Source of the DNA: an uncultured Verrucomicrobiae bacterium
GTDB lineage: Bacteria; Verrucomicrobiota; Verrucomicrobiia; Chthoniobacterales; UBA10450
Assembly (NCBI GenBank): GCA_963772365.1
Contig: CAVYXA010000005.1
Coordinates: 224,001-288,000 of the forward strand
DNA: 64,000 nucleotides
Reading direction: 5' to 3'
The notes under the pieces were generated by a model. The model saw only the letters and a program-made list of their open reading frames with translations, did not search any database and was not told the DNA's origin. Both the position numbers and the translations under genes were made by a program. Each line of letters starts with the position of its first letter. Within the stretch, counting starts at the first letter, position 1. This document shows positions 7,860 to 18,223 of this stretch, piece by piece.

Positions 7860-9656
7860 ATGAATTCAATCTTGCCATGGATCATTCTGCTCGCGCCGCT
7901 GGTATCCGCGGTGATGATCACCGTCTTTACACTTCGCTCGAGAAAATTGAGCAGTTTCATCTCGGTCGCGGCTGTGTTCGTGAGTTTTGTCTGCAGTTGT
8001 TTGCTGTTCGTTCGAGGAAATCTTCCCGCTGTCGAGCTGAACTGGATCGACATTAGCGGCGGCCTGAGTGTTCCGCTCGGATTCCTATTAGATCAATTGA
8101 GCAAAACAATGCTCGTTCTGGTGTCGGGCGTTGGTTTGATCATTCACATTTATTCGCTCGGCTACATGCGCGGCGATGATGGCAAATCCCGCTATTTCGC
8201 CGGTCTGTCGCTCTTCATGTTCGCGATGCTCGGGATCGTCCTTTCGAACAATTTCGTCATGCTCTTTATTTTTTGGGAGCTGGTCGGCTTTACCTCCTAT
8301 TTGTTGATTGGGCATTGGTTTGAGCGGAACGCAGCTGCGGACGCCGCGAAGAAGGCTTTCATCACGACCCGAATCGGCGACTTCGGATTCATGCTGGGCA
8401 TCCTCATGATTTGGATGCCGACGGGCTCCGTGGTTTTTTCCGAACTGGCCGAGCGGATGTCGATCCTGACAGATCATCCCGCCTATGTGACTGCTGCCGC
8501 GCTTTTGATCTTTTGCGGTGCAGTTGGGAAATCGGCCCAATTTCCGCTGCACGTGTGGTTGCCCGACGCCATGGAAGGTCCGACACCGGTTTCGGCGTTG
8601 ATCCACGCCGCGACGATGGTGGCAGCGGGAGTTTACATGCTGGCGCGCGTCGGGTTCATCATTCAAACCTCGCCAGCGGCTCTCGCGGTTATCGCATGGA
8701 TTGGCACCATCACCGCGCTCATGGCCGCGTTGATGGCGACGCAGCAGGACGATATCAAACGCATCCTGGCCTATTCTACTCTCTCGCAACTTGGTTACAT
8801 GGTGATGGCAATCGGGCTGACCTCGAGCAGCGCGGCCATGTTTCACCTTTTTACCCACGCATTTTTCAAAGCGCTGCTCTTTCTCGGCGCCGGTTCGATC
8901 ATCGTTGCGCTGCATCACGAACAAGACATTTGGGAAATGGGCGGCCTTGCGCGGAATTTGAAGTTAACGTTCGTCACCTTTTTGATCGGCGGACTTGCCC
9001 TCATGGGTTGCCCACCGTTCAGCGGATTTTTCAGTAAGGATGCAATCCTGGCGCTGGCCTACGAAAAAAACATGCCGATCTTCGTGCTCGGCCTCGGCAC
9101 GGCGTTTCTGACTGCCTTTTACGCGACGCGGATGTTGGTGGTCGTGTTCTTTGGCCATCCGCGCGGGCATGCTGCGCGGGTGAGCCGGGAGTCACCGCTT
9201 GTCATGACCCTTCCCCTGATTGCGCTCGCCGGGCTCGTGATTCTGAGCAGCATCGAATCTTTCAATCAACGATTTCTTCCGCTCCCGACCGAAAGCGGGG
9301 CGTCTCGAAATGTCCTGCTATTAGCCACCGGTGCATTGGTTTTCGGTGCAGGCCTGGCGATCTTGTTTTATCGTGGGCGCGCCACCGAGGCGGTGCACGT
9401 CAATCTTCTCCGGCGCCGTTTTTACATCGACGACTTTTATCAGTGGTTGATTCACTGGACGCAGGACCTGCTCGCGCGCGTTTCAGCTTTTTTTGATCGC
9501 TGGATTATCGACGCCCTAGCCGTGCGCGGCACCAGTGGCGGAACATGGGGAATCGGTGCCGTGCTTCGGCTCATTCAGGTCGGTAATCTCCAAGCCTATG
9601 CGTTCCTGCTCGGTCTCGGCGTCATTGCCCTGATCTATTTCGCGCTGTCGGGGTAA
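7860..9656 (+). CDS. nuoL: NADH-quinone oxidoreductase subunit L
   Basis: GKSAQFPLHVWLPDAMEGPTPVSALIHAATMV. Confidence 0.97.
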   Translation: MNSILPWIILLAPLVSAVMITVFTLRSRKLSSFISVAAVFVSFVCSCLLFVRGNLPAVELNWIDISGGLSVPLGFLLDQLSKTMLVLVSGVGLIIHIYSLGYMRGDDGKSRYFAGLSLFMFAMLGIVLSNNFVMLFIFWELVGFTSYLLIGHWFERNAAADAAKKAFITTRIGDFGFMLGILMIWMPTGSVVFSELAERMSILTDHPAYVTAAALLIFCGAVGKSAQFPLHVWLPDAMEGPTPVSALIHAATMVAAGVYMLARVGFIIQTSPAALAVIAWIGTITALMAALMATQQDDIKRILAYSTLSQLGYMVMAIGLTSSSAAMFHLFTHAFFKALLFLGAGSIIVALHHEQDIWEMGGLARNLKLTFVTFLIGGLALMGCPPFSGFFSKDAILALAYEKNMPIFVLGLGTAFLTAFYATRMLVVVFFGHPRGHAARVSRESPLVMTLPLIALAGLVILSSIESFNQRFLPLPTESGASRNVLLLATGALVFGAGLAILFYRGRATEAVHVNLLRRRFYIDDFYQWLIHWTQDLLARVSAFFDRWIIDALAVRGTSGGTWGIGAVLRLIQVGNLQAYAFLLGLGVIALIYFALSG

Positions 9657-9667
9657 ATACGTAAGCC

Positions 9668-11146
9668 ATGCTTTTGTTCATTATCTTCTGCCCGTTTGTG
9701 GCCGCCATTTTGATCATGGCTCGCGCGCCGGCGCGAAAGACAGCCCTGGCGGCTTCGGCGCTCACATTGATCGCCACATTATTCCTTTTTGTGACGTTCA
9801 ACAGATCGGCACCAGGTTTTGAGCACGTGACTTCATTCACAATCCTGTCCGATTGGCATTTGCGGTTCACCACGGGCATCGACGGCCTGAACGTGATCAT
9901 GATATTGCTCGCGGCCATTGTCACTGTAGCGGCTGTCTCCTTCACAAGTAAGATCGACAAGTTTGAGAACCAATTCTACGCCTGCCTTCTGTTCATATCA
10001 GGCGGGGTGATTGGCGCATTTGCATCGCTCGATCTCTTTTTCTTTTACGCCTTTCACGAGATCGCACTGATTCCCACTTTTTTACTGATCGGGATTTGGG
10101 GCAGCGGCAATCGCGTGGCAGCCGCGTGGAAGATCACGATCTATCTTGCGGTCGGAAGTTTCATTCTGCTCTTGGGATTGATCCTGCTTTACCAAAGTGT
10201 TCCAGCGGCAACCCGCAGCTTCGACATTCGCGAACTACAGGCCGCGATCGCCACGATGCAACTTCCGGCTAACGCGCAGCATCACGTCTATCTGCTACTT
10301 CTGACCGGTTTCGGCGTTCTCGTGTCGTTGTTTCCATTTCACAGCTGGGCGCCGGAAGCGTACGCCTCTGCGCCTCCGCCTGCCGCGATGTTGCACGCGG
10401 GCGTGCTGAAAAAATTCGGTCTCTACGGTTTGTTGCGGATCGCTCTTCCGCTGCTGCCAGAAGGCGCGCGACACTGGAACCAGGTGCTGATCATCTTCCT
10501 TCTCGGCAACATTATTTACATAGGCCTCGTTACGATCGCTCAGAAACGGCTCGATTGGATGCTCGGCTACTCCAGTGTCATGCACATGGGTTATATTTTT
10601 CTAGGAATTGCCGCCGCCAACACGGTGAGTACGACCGGCGCGGCAACTTTGATCTTCGCTCACGGACTTTCCATCGCGCTGCTTTTTGCCATCGCGGGAG
10701 AAATCCGGAAACGGACCGGCACACTCGTCCTCGATGATCTGGGTGGACTTGGCAAAGTGATGCCGCTCGCCGGGCTGGCGTTTGGTTTGGGTGCATTCGC
10801 TGCGATCGGTCTTCCCGGCTTTGCCAATTTTTCAGGCGAAATCATGATCTTCTTTGGGGCGTTTCGAAAAGGCTGGGAGATAGGCCGTTTTCATGTATTT
10901 CAAATCGCCACTGTGCTCGCGATTTGGGGTGTCGTAATTTCAGCGATTTACATGCTGCGCGCCTACCGCAAAGCATTCATGGGAACGCCGGAGGATGGGC
11001 GAAAGGCATTTGTTGATCTTAGGTCCGGGCTGCGCTGGGCGGTTGCCCTTCTGGTCGTTGCTTCACTCTGGATTGGATTTCACCCGCAATCATTCGTCAG
11101 GGTTCTCACTCCCACTTTCAACGCATATTTCGCCGCGAACCGATGA
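9668..11146 (+). CDS. nuoM: NADH-quinone oxidoreductase subunit M
   Basis: FPFHSWAPEAY, LKKFGLYG, YSSVMHMG; position in operon. Confidence 0.95.
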   Translation: MLLFIIFCPFVAAILIMARAPARKTALAASALTLIATLFLFVTFNRSAPGFEHVTSFTILSDWHLRFTTGIDGLNVIMILLAAIVTVAAVSFTSKIDKFENQFYACLLFISGGVIGAFASLDLFFFYAFHEIALIPTFLLIGIWGSGNRVAAAWKITIYLAVGSFILLLGLILLYQSVPAATRSFDIRELQAAIATMQLPANAQHHVYLLLLTGFGVLVSLFPFHSWAPEAYASAPPPAAMLHAGVLKKFGLYGLLRIALPLLPEGARHWNQVLIIFLLGNIIYIGLVTIAQKRLDWMLGYSSVMHMGYIFLGIAAANTVSTTGAATLIFAHGLSIALLFAIAGEIRKRTGTLVLDDLGGLGKVMPLAGLAFGLGAFAAIGLPGFANFSGEIMIFFGAFRKGWEIGRFHVFQIATVLAIWGVVISAIYMLRAYRKAFMGTPEDGRKAFVDLRSGLRWAVALLVVASLWIGFHPQSFVRVLTPTFNAYFAANR

Positions 11147-12570
11147 TCGCGATTACGGCGCCAATGCTGGAGATCTTCGTGCTCGTATTGGGCATGGGCA
11201 TGCTGATGTTGGAAGCGTTCACTACGAAGATCGACAAACGTTTTCTGGCCTACGCTGGAATTGCTGGTCTCGCGATTGTGTTGATCATCAGTTTCTTTTT
11301 GGCTCCGGCTCCTTCGCCGGAGCACGCGACCGGGTTTTGGAATTTTTACACGGCCGACGCGTTGTCGATCTTCTTTAAACGTTTCGCGCTACTCACCACA
11401 ATTCTGGTGTTGATCATGATGATTGATTACGCGCCGGTGGTTCACGAGTCGTTTCCAGGCCCGGGCCAGTCAGGTCTGGGCGAATTTTTTGCCGTCCCGA
11501 TCTTCACCTGCGCCGGGCTCATGTATCTTGTCTCGGCAATCGACTTCATTTTCATCTTCGTCGCGCTCGAGCTCGTGACGATTTCCTTTTACGTGCTGGT
11601 CAGTTTCACGAGAAAGAATCCGGTGACGCTGGAGGCTGGGGTGAAATATCTTGTCCTGAGCGCGCTTTCGACAGCCTTTCTTGTTTATGGAATCACCTGG
11701 CTGTTTGGCGTAACCGGCCAAACGAATTTGCATCGCATTTCGGTGGCGCTCAGCAACGGTTCCGTCGAGCGCGAACCTGCGCTGTTTGGAATGGTGCTCG
11801 TGTTGGTTGCTGTCGGTTTCAAGATTGCCGCGGTTCCATTTCAGATCTGGGTGCCGGATGTTTATCAGGGCGCGCCGACACCGGTAACTGCATTTCTCTC
11901 AGTCGGATCAAAGGCCGCCGGGTTCGTCGTTTTGCTTCGTGTATTGCAGCCGTTCCTAATGTTGCCGCAAATCCATCGCCTGATCGTTTTGATTGCGCTG
12001 CTCACGTTGATCTACGGCAATCTCTCTGCGCTGCCGCAACGCAATTTAAAGCGATTGCTGGCATATTCGAGCATTGCTCATGCTGGCTATCTGCTAATGG
12101 GGGTGGCCTCGTTCGACGGCCGGGCAGTGTCGTTCTACTTGGTGGCTTATATGACGATGACGCTATTGAGTTTTGCCGTTTTGATCATTGTCGCCCAACA
12201 AACCGGCGAAGAGATCGCCGATTTCGATGGATTAGCCGCGCGTTCGCCATTCCTCGCTTTTGCGATGTTGATAGGAATGATTTCGCTGGCGGGTGTTCCT
12301 TTCACCGGCGGATTTCTCGGAAAATTTTTCATCTTCTATGCAGCGCTCGCGCAGGGGCAGATTGCGCTTGTTGTTGTCGGTGTCATCGCCGTGGGCTGCG
12401 GATTTTATTATTATTTGAAAGTAATCCGCGCGATGTATTGGCAGCCGGCGGCGAAGATCGACAAAATTTCCGTGAGCAATCTTTCTCGGGTCGCCATCAT
12501 CGGCTTGATTATCGCAACGATTTGGCTGGGTGTATTCCCGCAGCCAATTCTGGACGCGTTAAGGCGCTGA
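11143..12570 (+). CDS. nuoN: NADH-quinone oxidoreductase subunit N
   Basis: FKIAAVPFQIWVPDVYQGAPTP, KRLLAYSSIAHAGY. Confidence 0.97.
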   Translation: MIAITAPMLEIFVLVLGMGMLMLEAFTTKIDKRFLAYAGIAGLAIVLIISFFLAPAPSPEHATGFWNFYTADALSIFFKRFALLTTILVLIMMIDYAPVVHESFPGPGQSGLGEFFAVPIFTCAGLMYLVSAIDFIFIFVALELVTISFYVLVSFTRKNPVTLEAGVKYLVLSALSTAFLVYGITWLFGVTGQTNLHRISVALSNGSVEREPALFGMVLVLVAVGFKIAAVPFQIWVPDVYQGAPTPVTAFLSVGSKAAGFVVLLRVLQPFLMLPQIHRLIVLIALLTLIYGNLSALPQRNLKRLLAYSSIAHAGYLLMGVASFDGRAVSFYLVAYMTMTLLSFAVLIIVAQQTGEEIADFDGLAARSPFLAFAMLIGMISLAGVPFTGGFLGKFFIFYAALAQGQIALVVVGVIAVGCGFYYYLKVIRAMYWQPAAKIDKISVSNLSRVAIIGLIIATIWLGVFPQPILDALRR

Positions 12571-12573
12571 AGA

Positions 12574-12640
12574 GTTAAAAAGTTAAAAGGTTACAACGTT
12601 ACAAAGGAGATTTCCCTTTTTAGCTTTGTAGCCTTTTAAC
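12574..12640. repeat. Empty inverted repeat of 8-mer units after nuoN; possible terminator between convergent genes
   Basis: GTTAAAAGGTTACAACGTTACAAAGG / CCTTTTTAGCTTTGTAGCCTTTTAAC, with 2 G-U pairs and 2 mismatches. Confidence 0.75.
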
Positions 12641-12656
12641 GAATCACTTGGCGACG

Positions 12657-13268
12657 CTAGTCGCTCAATTCGACGTTCCAATACGCGAGATCGACAAAGT
12701 GTCTCCAGCTTTCGTGCTGCGGTGCTTGGAATGTAATCTGCACGAACGGCCGCCACTTCGGCCGCTTTGGTTTGCGGATTAAAGTCATTTGCACTTCGCG
12801 CGCGAGCCGATTGCCCTTGCGAGTATTACAGGGAATACAGGAGCAGACTACGTTCTCCCAATTCGTCGTTCCGCCGCGGTCGCGCGGAATGACATGATCG
12901 AGATTCAAATCGTTGCGATCAAAAATCTGGCCGCAGTACTGACAGGTGTTCTTGTCGCGCTCGAACACATTATGCCGGGTAAACTTCACTTCCTTCTTCG
13001 GCAACCGATCGAAAAACAACAGCACAATCACCCGCGGGATCCGGATCTTGAACGAAATCGTCGTGACCAGCTCGTGGTCCGGGGCATTCGCAGAAAAATC
13101 GCGCCAGCTCTCGAAGTCATGGGTAAGAAAATTGTCCGTTTCGTCCGAGGAAACGACATGTGCGTGCCCCGCATAAACCAGAGAAAAAGCGCGTCGGGCA
13201 GAACAGATATTGACCGCCTGCCAGAGACGGTTCAGCACCAAAACCTGACTGTTTAACGAGGATTGCAA
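12657..13268 (-). CDS. HNH endonuclease (McrA-like)
   Basis: VLVLN N-terminus and RDKNTCQYCG...LDHVIPRDRGG...WENVVCSCIPCNTRK. TTG start is inferred. Confidence 0.9.
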   Translation of the reverse strand: MQSSLNSQVLVLNRLWQAVNICSARRAFSLVYAGHAHVVSSDETDNFLTHDFESWRDFSANAPDHELVTTISFKIRIPRVIVLLFFDRLPKKEVKFTRHNVFERDKNTCQYCGQIFDRNDLNLDHVIPRDRGGTTNWENVVCSCIPCNTRKGNRLAREVQMTLIRKPKRPKWRPFVQITFQAPQHESWRHFVDLAYWNVELSD

Positions 13269-13437
13269 ATATCGCCCTCCAGCCGCTTTGTTCCCGCCAA
13301 CCGCGAGCAATTCGCGGAAATCGGCGCGAAACTATCACCCGCGTTTTTCCTTGTCAACGAAGCCAAAACGGACAAGGCCAGATTATTATCCTGGCGCGAT
13401 GCTAGTTCAGACAACAAACGAACCAGCGCATAAGAAT

Positions 13438-13641
13438 ATGGGAGGACAAGGTTCAACCGGGAATGTGATCGCCGCACTATGCAGTTTCTTCATCCCCGGT
13501 CTCGGGCAATTACTGCAAGGCCGGTTGCTTATGGCCGGGATTCAGTTTTGCCTCGCTGCAGTGCTCTGGTTTGTCTTGCTCGGTTGGGTGATCCACATCT
13601 GGTCAATCCTCGACGCGGCGCTGTTCAAGCCGCGGGGTTAA
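13438..13641 (+). CDS. Small membrane protein
   Basis: AALCSFFIPGLGQLLQGR followed by hydrophobic helices. Confidence 0.7.
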   Translation: MGGQGSTGNVIAALCSFFIPGLGQLLQGRLLMAGIQFCLAAVLWFVLLGWVIHIWSILDAALFKPRG

Positions 13642-13645
13642 ACCG

Positions 13646-15857
13646 CTAGTGGCGGTTACCGAGCTTTTTCTGTGTGCCAAATCCCGTCGCAGGAGAAACC
13701 GACCCAATTTGCGATTTGATAATAGCCGTATCCGACACGTTGATCGTACCGTTGGCAGTCACGTCCGATCGAAAATTGTTCGCGTTTACCTCCTGGCCGA
13801 TGCGCATGTTCGTCTGGCTGACGTCGTATTCAATTACGAATCCATTTGCGTCGATGTCCCCCAGCAGAATGCGCATTGGAATGTCGACATCATTTGTAGT
13901 ACCGGCGTCATGCACTCCCGCTAATCTCACCACGATTTCCTGCGCGTTCGCTACGCCAGTCAGATTTATTGTCATCTCTGAACCTGTCAGTATGGCATCG
14001 GTCACATTTCCGATGCCGCTGATTACGCTTGCAGAATTGGCCGTGACGGATGATGCGAAGTTCAAGACGATTTGATGATCGCCATTCGCGCCACCGGTTC
14101 GACACTCGATTCCTGGAGTACCGGTGAGCGGAAGATCGACATCGAACGTACCGGCTTGACCGTGGATCTTGCGCGAGATGGTTGAGAGCGGGGAAAGAAT
14201 CCCTGCGGTACTCAAAGGCACCTTTGTCCGCGGCACCGCTGCGTAAGAAATAACGCTGATCGCGCATCGGCGCGTTCGGATCACCGGAGTCAATCGCAGG
14301 ACTCTGCGACAGTAAAGCGATCGTCTGCGTCGGCCCGCCGTTGTCCTGCAACCCAGCCGGATCAAGCATCGGATCGGTGTTGATTTGGTCTCCTGTGAAA
14401 TTCAAAAACCCGCCGCCATCATCGCTACTTAGATTGTAGCCGCTTGAACTAATTGTTCCGTTCGAGTTGTATAAGTTTTCGCCGGACGTCCCATTGTTCA
14501 GAATTGTATTGCGCACGGACAATGTCGGATAAGCATTGGTTCCAAATACGAAAATCCCGCCGCCATGGATCGGGGCTGAGTTTTCGCTCAAACTGCAATT
14601 CGCTACTGTCAGTGTGGAGTTTGTGGTGGCAAAGGATCGACAATAGATGGCGCCGCCGCCGTCCACATCAGGATCTACTAGCCCGTTATTGTACGTAGCA
14701 TTGCGAAAAAACGAGCTATTGCTAATCACCGTCGGTAAGAACGTTGATGGGGTGACAAAAATACCTGCCCCATCAAGCGCCGAGTTATCGTTGAACGTGC
14801 TGTTTGTTACGGTTAAGCCGGCCAACCCATGCACATATCCGCAGCATTCGGCGCTGTAGATCGCACCACCAAGGTTTGCCGAATTATTTGCAAAAGTCGT
14901 ATCGAAAGCGTTCACGACAGCATGTGCAACTGGATCGGTAATGCCGTTGCGGTAGCTGTAGTTGTAAACGGCACCTCCATCGCCAGAGGCTGAATTATTG
15001 GTGAGATTGCAGTTTCTCAATGTCAGCACGGAGTCGTATTCATCGGAGGCAACGTTATTGGCTACTGCTCCCCCGTCGGACATTGATGTGTTTCTATCAA
15101 ATCTCGAATTCACGATTGACATCGTGCCACCAACACCATTCGCCACAGCTCCACCAACACCGCTATTTTCGATGAAATCGCAATCAGTCAGCGCTGCATA
15201 GTAATGCGTATTATTGATGGCTCCGCCAAGACCAGCGGAATTATTGTGGAAAGTGCAGCCGACGATTGTCAGGTCTGCGGCGCGGCTGTCGATCGCGCCA
15301 CCACTGCTACCGTAACCACCCGCGATATTGCTGCTGAAATTGCTATCCGTGCCCATTACTGTCCCGAAGGTCGAATAAATGCCGCCGCCATGTTTGGCCT
15401 GGTTATTGGCGATCACACAGTCATTGAGTCGCAGGACGCCATCTGAATTATAAATGGCTCCGCCGAACGACTCCGCGTCAAGAGGTAACCCGCCGTTAGC
15501 CACGGTCAGTTCAAACAACGAGACCCGAGTAGAATAATCGAGATATAAGATGCGAAACAGCCGCACCTCATTGCCCGAAGCGCGTTGAATCGTCGCGCCA
15601 TTCCCGCGAATTGTAAGCGCATGGTAATCGTCGCCGAGAATTCGCGGCAAACCGTTCTCCTCATCATCTACGGCGACCAGAGTGTAGGTTCCGTTCTTTG
15701 CGAGTTCGATTGTGTCGTCTTCGGCGTTTGTGTTGCTCACGTTGATAGCATTTTTGAGCGCATCCACGTCTCCATCTGGGATGATGAAAACGGCACCGCT
15801 GCTTGCGCGAACGAAGAGAATTGCAGCGATGGCTAGAGAAAGAACTAGCGGCTTCAC
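13646..15857 (-). CDS. Secreted beta-helix (GGAI / Pmp-like repeat) protein with choice-of-anchor-Q-like segment and dockerin-like tail; one frameshift near 14207
   Basis: Signal peptide, repeated NxAxxGGAIY, LQDNGGPTQTIAL...GAFEY. Removing one base joins it to the SRKIHG...GDIDANG tail ORF. Confidence 0.8.
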
Positions 15858-15994
15858 GATCTTGAGTTTCGGGTTCCAAATCTACCAGATTGCCTGCTGA
15901 TTCCACAAAAACATTTTGTTCGTAATGAACCGGCGGCAGTCAAATTTCTAGGCGCGCTTGCCTTCGGTGGAAAAGCAGCTTAGAAAAAGCGTCC

Positions 15995-16678
15995 GTGATT
16001 GAGTATATCCAGAAGGGCGGGTTGCTGATGTGGCCGATTCTGGTCTGCAGCATCATTTCCATTGCTGTGTTTGCAGAGCGGCTTTTCTATTTGCACCGCG
16101 CGACCATTCATGTCGGCGAGTTTTTGAAAGGATTGTCGAACCTGATTCAGCGGCGGAACTTTGCCGAAGCATTGCATGAATCGGCTGGCACGCCCGGGCC
16201 GGTGGCGAGAGTGATTCACGCAGCGATCATTCGGCACGATTCGCCGCGGGCGGAATTACGCGATATCGTGCAGGAAGCTGGCCAACTTGAAGTTCCGAAA
16301 TTGGAACGGTTCCTCGGAGTGCTGGCGACGATTGCTTTTCTGGCGCCTTTGCTTGGATTGCTCGGGACAGTTGCCGGCATGATCGACGCCTTCGGAACAA
16401 TCACGTCCAGCGGCGGCTATGTAACGGTGACCGAACTTTCGCGCGGCATTTATAAGAGCTTGTTGACAACTGCCGCCGGTCTCGTCGTGGCAACACCAAC
16501 CCTGGTTGCCTATAGTTATCTCTCCTCGCGAGTGACATCGATGATGCACGATATGGAGCGCGCCGGGATCGAGATCGTCCACATGCTGACGGAAAGCAAA
16601 CCGCTGGGCGGAATCATCAGTTTTCAGCACCCGAGCGAAAAAGCCGCGCGCGAACGTGAAGCGCGGCAGGATCGTTAG
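15995..16678 (+). CDS. exbB: MotA/TolQ/ExbB proton channel protein
   Basis: APLLGLLGTVAGMI, LLTTAAGLVVA. Confidence 0.88.
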   Translation: MIEYIQKGGLLMWPILVCSIISIAVFAERLFYLHRATIHVGEFLKGLSNLIQRRNFAEALHESAGTPGPVARVIHAAIIRHDSPRAELRDIVQEAGQLEVPKLERFLGVLATIAFLAPLLGLLGTVAGMIDAFGTITSSGGYVTVTELSRGIYKSLLTTAAGLVVATPTLVAYSYLSSRVTSMMHDMERAGIEIVHMLTESKPLGGIISFQHPSEKAAREREARQDR

Positions 16679-16701
16679 AGCGACATCACACCAACGCGCG
16701 C

Positions 16702-17112
16702 ATGAAGCTTAGTCGGACGAAGGAATATCACTTCGGCTGGCTTGTGGTGTTACCGCTGCTGGACATCGTCTTTCTGCTCGTTTTTTTTGTGCTGCTCAGC
16801 TCCCATTTCATTCTGCAGCCGGGCATTTCGGTCTCAATGCCGTTCTCGCGATTTAGCCTCGGTCCGCAGGTAGATCAGCAAATCATCAGCATCACCGGCG
16901 GTTCGGCACCTGTGATTTATTTCCGCGACCAAAAAGTAAAGCTCGAGCAACTCGGGCCGATGCTGGACAGCGCAAAACGCCAGGGACGATCGATCGTTAT
17001 TAAGGCCGACCGGTTTACTCCTTATCAAGTTGTGATGGAAGTGACGAACACGGCATTGGAACACGGAATCACTTCTGTTTCCCTGGCTGCGACTCCGGCC
17101 ACATCGCGATGA
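16702..17112 (+). CDS. exbD: ExbD/TolR family protein
   Basis: PLLDIVFLLVFF, IKAD; follows exbB. Confidence 0.85.
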   Translation: MKLSRTKEYHFGWLVVLPLLDIVFLLVFFVLLSSHFILQPGISVSMPFSRFSLGPQVDQQIISITGGSAPVIYFRDQKVKLEQLGPMLDSAKRQGRSIVIKADRFTPYQVVMEVTNTALEHGITSVSLAATPATSR

Positions 17113-17223
17113 ATGTTGCACTTTTTCGGATGATCTGCTCGAAGGGAAAGCTGGCAGCTTCCCCTGCACCGCCTCTTTGGCAATGAACGCGATAGCTTCG
17201 GCAGATCCAACGCTTTTATTTGA

Positions 17224-17976
17224 ATGGGAAACTCCGCGCCGCGGGTAGCTGCTCTCGCGTTTTTTGTAATCGCATCTCTTCTCGGCCATGCTGTTTGTTT
17301 CTATCTCTTCCAGATCATCTATCCGCCTACGGTTGCACTTCTCCCGCCGCCGGCCCGGGTAACCTTAATCACCTCGGATTCCGAGGAAGGTCGTACTCTC
17401 TTGCGCTGGATCGAAGCAGAGGATCCCGCGCTTGCTTTTACGACGTTGCGCTCTCCTGAAAACAAACTGCGCTCATTGCCGAAGATTGCTCATATCCCGT
17501 CCTACACGACCAATGAGCTAATCCTGAAACAACCGCCGCCTTTGACTGTCGATCGTCGCCCCCCGAGTTCTCAACCCCCGGGACGAGTTCCCAGTCTGGA
17601 GCGGCCGGTTCTGCCGAATCCAGAGAAGATCCCGACTAGCGTATCCTTTTCCGAGGAATTCACTTCGTTAGGCACTCCGGCTTTTGTCGCGCCAAAGTTT
17701 GCCGCATCATCCAACGAGCCGCCGCAAAATGTCCCGTTCAGGGTTGCGGTTTCGCCCGCTGGCGAAATTCGATATTGTTTCCCGCTTGGCTCCTCCGGCG
17801 ATTCGGCCCTGGATCAACAAGCGCACGATTTTATCATGCTCACGCGTTTCCCCGGGGCCGACAAATCGCAAACGCGAGATGAGAAGCTGACTTGGGGCGT
17901 CGCCACGGTGAACTGGGGCAACGATGTCGCGCTGCCAGGCCAAACCGGTTCCGTTAAAACAAAATCTCCCAATTAG
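17224..17976 (+). CDS. TonB-like protein
   Basis: N-terminal TM helix with His, Pro-rich linker and C-terminal SSGDSALDQQA; follows exbBD. Confidence 0.6.
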   Translation: MGNSAPRVAALAFFVIASLLGHAVCFYLFQIIYPPTVALLPPPARVTLITSDSEEGRTLLRWIEAEDPALAFTTLRSPENKLRSLPKIAHIPSYTTNELILKQPPPLTVDRRPPSSQPPGRVPSLERPVLPNPEKIPTSVSFSEEFTSLGTPAFVAPKFAASSNEPPQNVPFRVAVSPAGEIRYCFPLGSSGDSALDQQAHDFIMLTRFPGADKSQTRDEKLTWGVATVNWGNDVALPGQTGSVKTKSPN

Positions 17977-17981
17977 GTGCC

Positions 17982-18221
17982 GTGATCCGAGTCAGTCTCA
18001 CCGCGCTGGTCACGATTTATTTGCTGCTTTTTCTTGCGGCGGTATTTCTCTTCTGGATAGTGGGAGAATGGAATCGCCGCCGGCGCGAGCGACGAGCATT
18101 ACGCTACAGGCTGCGCTGTGTGATTTGTGCGTTCGAATTTGAAGATCGAACCGACGCATTGCTTCCGCGGTGTCCGCGCTGCGGGAGTTTAAACGAGCGA
18201 TTCAAACTGGAACGAATTTAA
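17982..18221 (+). CDS. Small membrane-anchored zinc-ribbon protein
   Basis: TM helix, then CVIC...CPRC. Confidence 0.65.
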   Translation: MIRVSLTALVTIYLLLFLAAVFLFWIVGEWNRRRRERRALRYRLRCVICAFEFEDRTDALLPRCPRCGSLNERFKLERI

Positions 18222-18223
18222 GT

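Noticed and set aside
12657..13268. HNH gene as cargo of a repeat element
   Set aside because: The nearby hairpin lies wholly downstream and does not enclose it; it looks like a common stand-alone HNH family member.
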